Below, piece by piece: positions 10,355-18,719 of a stretch of DNA of 64,000 bases. The stretch is from positions 1-64,000 of IMG/VR virus record IMGVR_UViG_3300025018_000111; one strand, written 5' to 3'. Position numbers and translations under genes: made by a program. Each line of letters opens with the position of its first letter. The stretch's first letter is position 1. Origin of the DNA: a virus. The notes below the pieces were generated by a model. It searched no databases and was not told where the DNA came from. It saw only the letters and a list, made by a program, of their open reading frames with translations.

Positions 10355-11257
10355 ATGAATAATCTTAACAAGATATTGAAATTATCAAATAAAAAATCTG
10401 AGCTTTTACATAATGAAGAATTCTTTTTTGTTGACCTAAAATCTAAGGCACGTTTAAGGGGTAAAAAAGATGGAAAAGAGTCAGGAATTTTTCTGAGTAA
10501 ATTCAAAGAAAATTCCTGTTTATGGGAGTCAGAATTCGATGGATTGGATAGGTTTTCAGAAGTGATGGTTTGTCCAGTGAGTACCTTAAAAAACATGGTG
10601 AATTTTTGCTCAAAAGACGAAACGAGATGGGTATTGGGGGGGATATTAATTCAAGATGAAAAGATGTGCGCCACAGATGGCAGTAGGATCTTAGTATCAA
10701 AAGAAGGTCCAGATAAAAGAGAATCCATATTGTTTCCTAGTGTTATCATGAAGGAAATATTGTCCCTAATAGATAAGAAAATTGAGGTTATTAATATCCT
10801 ATATCACAGGGGAGAAAGGAAGACTAAGTTCTATATTAAGCTAGGGAATATTGAAATAATTGGAGAATGTATTTCAGGGGAATATCCTAATTATAGACTC
10901 CTATTCGACAGTAAAATAGACAGAAAAGTTGATCTAAAAATCACTGGAAAATTGTTGGAAAAGTATAAAGAAATCAATAAAATATATGGGAAAAAGTTTA
11001 AGAAATACTTCCATATAAACGAAAATATTCAAGAAATTAAAGTTGATGATAATGAGGGTAAACTTGTTTTCTCAGAGAAATTTTCAGACTTGATTGAAGT
11101 TGAAGAAGGTTGTTCTGTTAACACAAAATTAGACTTGGAATTACTCAAAGACTTTCTAACCATAGACTTTTATCGTTCATCTTATGAGAAAGAATATCCT
11201 TCAATTAGGTTTGAATCTGAAAACTATAAAGCGATACTAATGGGGATGAGAGGGTAA
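10355..11257 (+). CDS. DNA polymerase III beta sliding-clamp-like protein (divergent)
   Basis: SKDETRWVLGGILI, ATDGSRI and GEYPNYRLL correspond to DnaN DETRYYLNG, ATDGHRL and GxFPDY motifs. Confidence 0.7.
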   Translation: MNNLNKILKLSNKKSELLHNEEFFFVDLKSKARLRGKKDGKESGIFLSKFKENSCLWESEFDGLDRFSEVMVCPVSTLKNMVNFCSKDETRWVLGGILIQDEKMCATDGSRILVSKEGPDKRESILFPSVIMKEILSLIDKKIEVINILYHRGERKTKFYIKLGNIEIIGECISGEYPNYRLLFDSKIDRKVDLKITGKLLEKYKEINKIYGKKFKKYFHINENIQEIKVDDNEGKLVFSEKFSDLIEVEEGCSVNTKLDLELLKDFLTIDFYRSSYEKEYPSIRFESENYKAILMGMRG

Positions 11258-11264
11258 GAGAATT

Positions 11265-11366
11265 ATGAAAGTAAAGTCTTTATTCATCTTTGTTTTTCAT
11301 TTATTTATCGGCAAAATCATAGAGATTATGAAGCTGATAAAGAAGGGAAAGATCGAGTCAATATAG
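11265..11366 (+). CDS. 33-aa hydrophobic/basic peptide (paralogue of 673-774)
   Basis: MKVKSLFIFVFHLFIGKIIEIMKLIKKGKIESI*; stop TAG inside palindrome 11360. Confidence 0.7.
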   Translation: MKVKSLFIFVFHLFIGKIIEIMKLIKKGKIESI

Positions 11367-11788
11367 TTATATTAAAAGAAATTCCCTTAAACTTCAAGAA
11401 GGGACACATAAGGATACTTTCCCAAACAATTGGGATTGTGTCCTTTTTTAGTATCCAAAAATGAATAGGAAAGATCCAAATAAGGATATAACGATACTAG
11501 CTTATAATAAGGCGGAGAGGCCTTAAAACGTCGGTTTTAACGCACTTCTGGCATCTTCTGGTGTGGTTGTACTGGCCAATAGACAAAAACGCCTTAGAGG
11601 TGCCTTTCTGTTCCAAATAGGATTATTCTCAAAAAGAATTGTGTCCTGACCAATATACCTATATTAAAATCACCCGAAGCTTTCAGATTTATCTGCGAGG
11701 TGGTTTTTTTTAAAAAGATTTGACAACGAAATAGAAATATGATAAGATAAAAGAGGGAAAGAAACCATATTAAACATAGAGAAATATT

Positions 11789-12328
11789 ATGATTACGATT
11801 AAAACTTTAGGAAGAGAATTTAAACTATTTGCAGATAAAGAAATCGACAGTCTTGCGACTTATGAGATTAAAGAGAATTGGATTACTTTTGATGGGAGTC
11901 TCGTCCAGTGGAAATTAGCGGAAACCCTCAATAAAATCAATGGATTTACCTTAAAAAATAGGTTAATATCTCTGAGAATAACAGAGAATGAAACGGAGCC
12001 AAATCCATTATTGACAAGGTTAAAAAGATCGTTTTTCACTCCTGAAATTTTACTTAGTTTTGATGAGAGTAGACAGGTCAAATATAAGTATATTGAGCAA
12101 AATTCTAGCCGGTACAAAAAGGGATTTTTAGAAATGACGGAGAAGGACAGGGAGAAATTTTTATCCATAGTCCATGAAGAAATAAAAGATACAGATTGGG
12201 AAGAAATAGAACAGAAAATCAAGGAATATTTGATGGAGAGATTGAAAGAAGTCCTGATGGAAACAAAAAGAGAGATGGAAACAAGGTTGAGTAATTTTGC
12301 CAAGGATTTAAAAGGGAGTATCGGATAG
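11789..12328 (+). CDS. hypothetical protein, distant member of the 4838/13345 family
   Basis: FFTPEILLSF vs VFSPPNINITF; FLEMTEKDREKF vs FLKMTNKDKDF; similar length. Confidence 0.75.
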   Translation: MITIKTLGREFKLFADKEIDSLATYEIKENWITFDGSLVQWKLAETLNKINGFTLKNRLISLRITENETEPNPLLTRLKRSFFTPEILLSFDESRQVKYKYIEQNSSRYKKGFLEMTEKDREKFLSIVHEEIKDTDWEEIEQKIKEYLMERLKEVLMETKREMETRLSNFAKDLKGSIG

Positions 12329-12490
12329 ATTTGACCGGAAATCAACATCAGGGGCGATTCTTTTTCAAAGAATTTCCCCCGAACCCTTAAGGAATATACC
12401 TATATTAAAAAAACTCTCTTTTCTTAAAATTGCTTAAAATATGAAAATTCCTCTGGGGAAAAGTTTGTTTTTAAGCGATTTTAAGAAAAA

Positions 12491-12676
12491 CTACTTGTTT
12501 TTATTGTAATATTTCTGGTTGTATTCTTTTTTCTTTCTCTTTTTCGCTTCTTCGGGACTATAAAACTTTTGAAAATCCTCATTTTCGAGTAGATTCGTCA
12601 AGGAATCTTTCAAATTTTTAATTTCTGACTCTGTTTCCCTTAGATTCTCGACTAATTTTTCAATTTCGTTTCTCAT
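12491..12676 (-). CDS. small coiled-coil protein with basic C-terminal tail
   Basis: Only credible non-IS antisense gene in the array; KKRKKKEYNQKYYNKNK tail; flanked by 32-bp direct repeats. Confidence 0.65.
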   Translation of the reverse strand: MRNEIEKLVENLRETESEIKNLKDSLTNLLENEDFQKFYSPEEAKKRKKKEYNQKYYNKNK

Positions 12677-13344
12677 ATTTTTCTTAATTTTTCTTAAAAC
12701 TCAAACTTTCCTCTGGGGAAAAGTTTGTTTTTAAGCGATATTCAGTAATAACATCTTTCCACACTATTATACACAATCAAGGAAGATTCTTTTTCAAATA
12801 ATTTCCACCGAACACACTGGGGAATATAGGTATATTAAATAACAACTGTTTCCTTTTTAAAAAGAATATCAGGATCTGAAGGAAGAGATTCTGGAAATGA
12901 ACGAGATTGACCCAAATAAAATATGATTCTAAGAGAACACGACGGTTTTATAGAAAGATTTATTCTCTGATTCTTTATTTTTATTTTCTGATTGTTTTAT
13001 TTTTAGTGTATTTATGAAAAAAAAGCAAAATTTTAAAACGATTTTCTGATCCTTGGAATCCTAGTTTTGCGCTCAATATTTCAAGGAATATACCTATATT
13101 AAAATCAGGGGAGACTCTTCTTTGAAGAGTTTCCCCCGAACCCCCTAGCTGGATGATTACCGATCCAATATACCTATATTAAAGAATTAGCCTCCTTCTC
13201 AGGAAAACCGCTTTTAGCGGACAAATCGTAAAACCTGCGACGATTTCAATCTTTTAATTGGGATTTCTTTTTTTTATTTTATTGTTGACAAATTCTGGAA
13301 GTATGATAAACTAATATTGGGAATCATTTAATAAAAACAAAAAT

Positions 13345-13893
13345 ATGAAACTAACAATATTCGGAGTAAATTATAATGTGATTCTTGTAAATCACTCGTT
13401 CCACGAAGCTGACTTACAAGGATACATAAACAGATCAAATCGGATTAGTATTGACAAACTTAATAATTTTCTAACATCTATTCGGAATATACCGTCAACT
13501 GCGACAATAGGGTTGAGAATTGTTTTGCCTAAAACAATCGACTATTCTCCTTTTTCCAAAGGGAAAAGAGTTTTTTCGCCTCCTAATATCAACATTACGT
13601 TTTTGGCCCCAAATCAAGGAGAAAAAGCCTATATTTTAGATAGGGTTTCAGAAGAAGAGGAAGTGTTCTTAAAAATGACAAATAAAGACAAGGATTTCAT
13701 CTCAGAAAAAGTCTTGGCTGATTTGAAAAGTCAAAATCTAGACTTCATTTCTATAATAGAAGTTCTCAAAATGGATATACTTTTCTCAATCAGAGAATCT
13801 ATTTCCAGCAATCTCAGAAAACAAGAAGAAGAAATAAATAACTATAAGGAAAGTATGGTTGAAGCAATAGAACTCTTACATAGTTCCTTTTAA
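13345..13893 (+). CDS. hypothetical protein (intact paralogue of 4838-5330)
   Basis: High similarity; own promoter at 13285. Confidence 0.85.
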   Translation: MKLTIFGVNYNVILVNHSFHEADLQGYINRSNRISIDKLNNFLTSIRNIPSTATIGLRIVLPKTIDYSPFSKGKRVFSPPNINITFLAPNQGEKAYILDRVSEEEEVFLKMTNKDKDFISEKVLADLKSQNLDFISIIEVLKMDILFSIRESISSNLRKQEEEINNYKESMVEAIELLHSSF

Positions 13894-14042
13894 GAGAAAT
13901 TAAAATCAATTGTCGTTGCTTAATTGATTTAACCGCTGAAGCGGCTTCCCGAAAGGGGAGCTGCTTTTTTTTGTTGACTACTTGAAACGGTTCTGATAAA
14001 ATAAAGGTGCGGGATAGTTTAACAATAACAAAATTAGCAAAT

Positions 14043-14231
14043 ATGATTCCAAATATTTTGACAATGACAGACACGGAACTGGAAAGATTGATCTTTAAAG
14101 GAAAAGATCCTTGGGAATTTGTGACAATTCCAGATTGGCTTAGTGTTCAACTCGTTCAAATGACTTGGGTAGAAAGATCCCTCAGAGATTGGGCTTGGCA
14201 GAATTTGTCAGAAAAATATGAGAATGACTGA
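14043..14231 (+). CDS. small hypothetical protein
   Basis: Promoter at 13974; ends before palindrome 14238. Confidence 0.65.
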   Translation: MIPNILTMTDTELERLIFKGKDPWEFVTIPDWLSVQLVQMTWVERSLRDWAWQNLSEKYEND

Positions 14232-14387
14232 GAATTCAATATACCTATATTAAAATCAGGGGAGATTCTTAGGAAAGAATTTCCCCCGAACCCCCTAGAA
14301 GGAATATAGGTATATTAAAATAAATTAACCCCAAAATAATTTTATTAAAGTGGCGAAATTCGCCAACTTTTAGCTAAAACGACTATT

Positions 14388-14702
14388 ATGGAAGAAATAT
14401 ATTATAGATTCGGCCAAGGTGATAATTGGAAATTCTGGAAATCAGTAGACCAATTTAAAACCGATTACGAAATAAATTCAACACTACAGATGGAGCTGGG
14501 GATGGTCCTGAATGATAATCGGAAAGTGATTATCGAAACGACAAATAAAGAGAAGGTAGATTACAAAGGAATTTATTCCACAAGGTTCAGTTGTGGGATT
14601 CTTGAAATTAGAAGGATTGATTCGGTTGATCGGTCTAGAATAAAAGCCGCCGAAGAAGATTCGGGATCTGTCGATATGGACGAATATATCAACAATTGGT
14701 AA
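14388..14702 (+). CDS. hypothetical protein
   Basis: ORF between palindrome 14303 and module A 14715. Confidence 0.7.
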   Translation: MEEIYYRFGQGDNWKFWKSVDQFKTDYEINSTLQMELGMVLNDNRKVIIETTNKEKVDYKGIYSTRFSCGILEIRRIDSVDRSRIKAAEEDSGSVDMDEYINNW

Positions 14703-14972
14703 ATTTAACCACTATCAGGGGAGACTCTTCTCCGAAGAGTTTCCCCCGAACCCCCTAGTCAAATCCAATATACCTATATTAAAATCAATTGTCGTTGCTT
14801 AACGAATTTCTCTTTCAGAGAACTCGCTTTTAGCGGACAAATCGTAAAGCTTTGCGACGATTTCAATATAGGTATATTAAAACACACTAAAGGGAATCTC
14901 AGAAATGAGGTTCCCTTTTTTATTTTTTTTTATTTTGTTGACAAATAAATAAAATCATGATAAAGTATTTTT

Positions 14973-15101
14973 GTGAACAAAATATCAGATAAAATATTTA
15001 TAAGTCTCTCCTTTGCCTTTATCGTCTTGGTTTTTCTCACCTTAACAGGGAGCGAAACAATCTTAAAACTTTGGGGATTCATTTTCGGCATATTTGAATA
15101 G
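14973..15101 (+). CDS. 42-aa membrane peptide, possibly leaderless
   Basis: GTG near the predicted TSS of promoter 14938; MNKISDKIFISLSFAFIVLVFLTLTGSETILKLWGFIFGIFE*. Confidence 0.5.
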   Translation: MNKISDKIFISLSFAFIVLVFLTLTGSETILKLWGFIFGIFE

Positions 15102-15163
15102 TGGTAAATTTCGCCACCATTTGACCAAATATACCTATATTAAAAAACAAATATTAAAACATT

Positions 15164-15328
15164 ATGAGATCAGTAAAAGTAACCTTGGAAGACGGTAGTA
15201 GTTTTGAAACAAATATCAACGGAACCGATGAACAAATCAAGGAATATTATATGGGGAAAACACTAAACTTTGGAATTGAGGATGATATTCTCAAAAAAGT
15301 GGTTGGAGTAGAAGTCTATTCTGATTAA
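15164..15328 (+). CDS. 54-aa hypothetical protein
   Basis: MRSVKVTLEDGSSFETNINGTDEQIKEYYMGKTLNFGIEDDILKKVVGVEVYSD*; fills the unit between palindrome 15128 and module A 15332. Confidence 0.75.
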   Translation: MRSVKVTLEDGSSFETNINGTDEQIKEYYMGKTLNFGIEDDILKKVVGVEVYSD

Positions 15329-15427
15329 AAATCAAGGGAGATTCTTAGAAAAGAATTTTCCCTGAACACCCTATGGGAATATAGGTATATTAAAAGAAAT
15401 CACAAACTTTAAGATTTGACCAGATTT

Positions 15428-15856
15428 ATGATCAAACTTCCTAAAATGCCAGAAATAAACATCGACAATATTTCAAGATATTTCGAGGACTTAAAAGTTT
15501 ATAGATATAAGATTATTGAGATAGCAAGAAATAATTCAAAGAAAGGATGTTTGTCAGTAAGAACCAGTGATGCTAAATACAAGTTATTATCTAAGGATAT
15601 TTTGTCAAATAATTGGCGATTGACATATTACGACAAAAATGGGTGGCCTATAAGCCATGAAACAAATTCAAACTGGGATGAACTAGCTTATGATATTTTG
15701 ATTGGAAGCGTAGAATTTACAAGTATTCCAATACCACAAGCTTCAATGGACAATAAGGAAACAATCATTCAAAGGGTGAGAAATGGAGTGAATATGGAAT
15801 TCGATATTGTTGAATTGATTGTATTTCATCGGACATTTCCCCGCCAATATTTATGA
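15428..15856 (+). CDS. hypothetical protein
   Basis: ORF fills the interval between palindromes 15378 and 15870. Confidence 0.7.
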   Translation: MIKLPKMPEINIDNISRYFEDLKVYRYKIIEIARNNSKKGCLSVRTSDAKYKLLSKDILSNNWRLTYYDKNGWPISHETNSNWDELAYDILIGSVEFTSIPIPQASMDNKETIIQRVRNGVNMEFDIVELIVFHRTFPRQYL

Positions 15857-16023
15857 TGGAGAGGAACCCAATATAGGTATATTAAAAAACACTAGGGGAA
15901 TCTCAGAAATGAGGTTCCCTTTTTCTTGTTTTGTTTCGTTTATTTTTATTGACTTTATTTCCCGATAGTGTTAAACTAAAGTTGCACAGTATAATAATCA
16001 GAACACTTAAAACAAGTATTAAT

Positions 16024-16437
16024 ATGAAACAAGTTATCATCGTTTTCACCCGTCACGAATTGTCACAAACTCAAATCAATGAAGCTTGGAAGATTGCAGC
16101 AGAAAAAAGATGTACAAGCTTGGCCGACGAAAAGGATTGCCAAGTTATCTATCTGAAGGATTTGGCGTCAATAAACATCGAAACTGACGAACAACTAGAA
16201 GACGTCGCAAACAAGATTAAAAATGAGGTATGGAAGAACATAAACACAGAGCCCTTCAAGAGAAGCGTGGTTCTTGGCTTGTTCGGAGTGTTTCCGGCAA
16301 TGTTGTTGGAAAGACTAGCGGAAGAAGAAATATTCCACTACACTGATTTATTTTCGGCTTGGAACGTAGCAAGAACACCTGAAGGAGGAAAGCCGACATT
16401 CGAGTTCAAGCGATGGTGTAGACTTCCTATAAAATGA
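16024..16437 (+). CDS. hypothetical protein, possibly Csx20/Csx16-like (ring-nuclease-like)
   Basis: VFTRHELSQTQ, GVFP, SAWNVAR and F.F.RW pattern; family assignment from remembered motifs only. Confidence 0.45.
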   Translation: MKQVIIVFTRHELSQTQINEAWKIAAEKRCTSLADEKDCQVIYLKDLASINIETDEQLEDVANKIKNEVWKNINTEPFKRSVVLGLFGVFPAMLLERLAEEEIFHYTDLFSAWNVARTPEGGKPTFEFKRWCRLPIK

Positions 16438-16869
16438 CTCTGCATTTTATTTGAGTAATTTTCGAGCCGTCCCTTTTTAGGACGGTTTTCAGGGGAGACT
16501 CTTCTTTGAAGAGTTTCCCCCGAACCCCCTAGCTGGATGATTCCCGATCCAATATAGTTATATTAAAGAACTAAACTCCTTCTCAGGAAAACCGCTTTTA
16601 GCGGACAAATCGTAAAGCTTTGCGACGATTTCAATATACCTATATTAAAGTAGAAACCTCCTTCTCAAAGAAGCCGCTTTTAGCGGACAAATCGTAAAGT
16701 TTACGACGATTTCAATATAGGTATATTAGAAAATGAATCTGTATTCTATTTGAGTAATTTCCAAGCCATCCTTTTCAGGATGGTTTTTTCTGTTTTGTTT
16801 TAATTGACTAGTTCATCTTGTTATGATATACTGACTTTGAGAAAACTAACATTTAAAAATAAATTCATT

Positions 16870-17157
16870 ATGAAATCAGACAACATCATCTTCATTAAAG
16901 GAAACAGAGAGTTTGAATATAGTTTCAAGGTTGAAGAGAAAAAGGTTTTACTGAAAAGGACTGTAAGGGACACAAATAATGGGGAAAATAAAGACTATTG
17001 GGAAATGGAGATTCCCTGTGACTTAAGATCAAGATCAGTTCATTCTTTCGTTCAGAGCCAAGCAAAACGCGCTTTGAATAATGTGATTCGGATTCTTTCT
17101 GACTCTCAGAAAGTCTTTGTGAATAACTGGTTAGATAAAATGATAGGATCTCTTTGA
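16870..17157 (+). CDS. hypothetical protein
   Basis: Promoter at 16804; ATG 16870 in frame. Confidence 0.7.
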   Translation: MKSDNIIFIKGNREFEYSFKVEEKKVLLKRTVRDTNNGENKDYWEMEIPCDLRSRSVHSFVQSQAKRALNNVIRILSDSQKVFVNNWLDKMIGSL

Positions 17158-17411
17158 GGTGTAGAAATTTATACAGTATGTAGCTTTTTATACATACTGT
17201 ATGAAAATCGACAGTCATAAAATTCTGAATAATAGGAAAGGAATATAGGTATATTAAAGAAAATCGTCGCGAACTTTATGATTGATTAGAAAATATAAAA
17301 GGAATCTCTTGATTGGGATTTCCCTTTTTCTTGTTTTTTATTTTATTTGACAAATCCTTGAAATTGTGCTAAATTATTGAGGCGTAGTAATTTTCAAATT
17401 TACAAAATTTT

Positions 17412-17729
17412 ATGACACAAGAAGTCTCAAAACTAGAATTGGCTCTAAAATATCTCAACGAGAACAAAGGAGAAAGAATAACACAGAGTAATTCTTTTCA
17501 CCCTTCTCACGTAGCTTGCAAAATGCTACAGGAAGCGAACGAAATATTCGAGTTAGATTATTATGGAGTCGAAGGTTGGAGCCTAGATTCTGGAAAAAAG
17601 GGAGTCAATTACCTAAACTCTGGAGATCCTTACGTTCCAACAATATTCGCGCTAGCCGATTTTGAGTCAATTGAATTTAAGATTGACGCAATGGAGAATG
17701 TCTTGGATTCGGATTGGGGCGTTTCCTAG
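17412..17729 (+). CDS. hypothetical phage protein (YGVEG...YLNSGDPY motif)
   Basis: Promoter at 17347; followed by module A. Confidence 0.75.
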   Translation: MTQEVSKLELALKYLNENKGERITQSNSFHPSHVACKMLQEANEIFELDYYGVEGWSLDSGKKGVNYLNSGDPYVPTIFALADFESIEFKIDAMENVLDSDWGVS

Positions 17730-18393
17730 AGTCAAGGAAGACTCTTCCTTGAAGAGTTTTCCCCGAACCCACTAGCTGGATGATTCCCGATCCAATATAG
17801 TTATATTAAAGAACTAAACTCCTTCTCAGGAAAACCGCTTTTAGCGGACAAATCGTAAAGCTTTGCGACGATTTCAATATACCTATATTAAAAAAGCAAA
17901 CTCCTTCTTAGAAAAGCCAGCCGTAAAGTTTACGACGATTTCAATATAGGTATATTAAAATAAAAGCGCCGTTTTTTGAGAATTTCCGAAATAAATATGT
18001 AGGTAAAATGGGATTTCAAAAGTCCAAAATATTAACAGGATTTGGCCAAATAAATACGCGGGAGAAAAGATGTGATCTTGGGATTTTTGACATAGACTGG
18101 GTGATCTTTTTGAGAACGAGTCTCATTATCATTAAAAGAAGGTCGTTTCCCTGTAACTCGTTGAATTGGAAGACTTGTGAAAATTATCTCTGGAATCTAG
18201 CTTGTTTTAATATAACTAGGTTGAACGAGCTTTTGTAACTCGTTGGAAATGAACGATTTACAACTAAAAGAAAATTATTTTCAACTTTTTATTGACAATA
18301 GTTGTGAATATTTTAAATTGGTGTCAGTAGATTTTAGGCGAATCTAAAATCGACCAACCAGTATCGTTATTACTGTTATATCAATAAAATCTC

Positions 18394-18681
18394 ATGAATC
18401 ACGGACGATCGAAAAACCCCAAGAAATTGACAGAGATTAGTGTACAAATTGGACGCAATCAAAGCGTTCAGCATTGTGCTGCTAATTTTATCCGAAAAAC
18501 ATTGCCATCATTGGCAGATAGAATCGTTGGTGAAAAACCAACGAGAGCGGAATTTTTATCCCTACTATGGGATGAAATAGAATCTCTAGTGTCAGACATA
18601 CACGAATACATTGAAATGGAAGAAAAAGGGAATGTCAAACCATTGGAGAAACCGAAAAACACACGCAAAACATTATTCTAA
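18394..18681 (+). CDS. hypothetical protein
   Basis: First gene behind promoter 18292. Confidence 0.7.
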   Translation: MNHGRSKNPKKLTEISVQIGRNQSVQHCAANFIRKTLPSLADRIVGEKPTRAEFLSLLWDEIESLVSDIHEYIEMEEKGNVKPLEKPKNTRKTLF

Positions 18682-18719
18682 TCTATTAGAAAATCACAAC
18701 CTAATATTATTGAAAAAAT

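Larger units (their letters stand above)
786..17942. repeat. Non-coding module B (~40 nt, CCGCTTTTAGCGGACAAATCGTAAAGCTTTGCGACGATTTC) in both orientations
   Basis: Forward copies at 13208, 14825, 16592, 16674, 17835 and partial 17922; diverged reverse-complement copies at about 786, 1877, 7124, 7527, 8317, 13907, 17259. Confidence 0.85.

Noticed and set aside
16551-17956. Regularly spaced short repeats as a CRISPR array
   Set aside because: Repeat is only 14 bp, intervening sequences are homologous to each other, and no cas genes are present
140-17956. Classical integron with attC sites
   Set aside because: No IntI and no RYYYAAC/GTTRRRY attC boxes; most cassettes carry their own promoters
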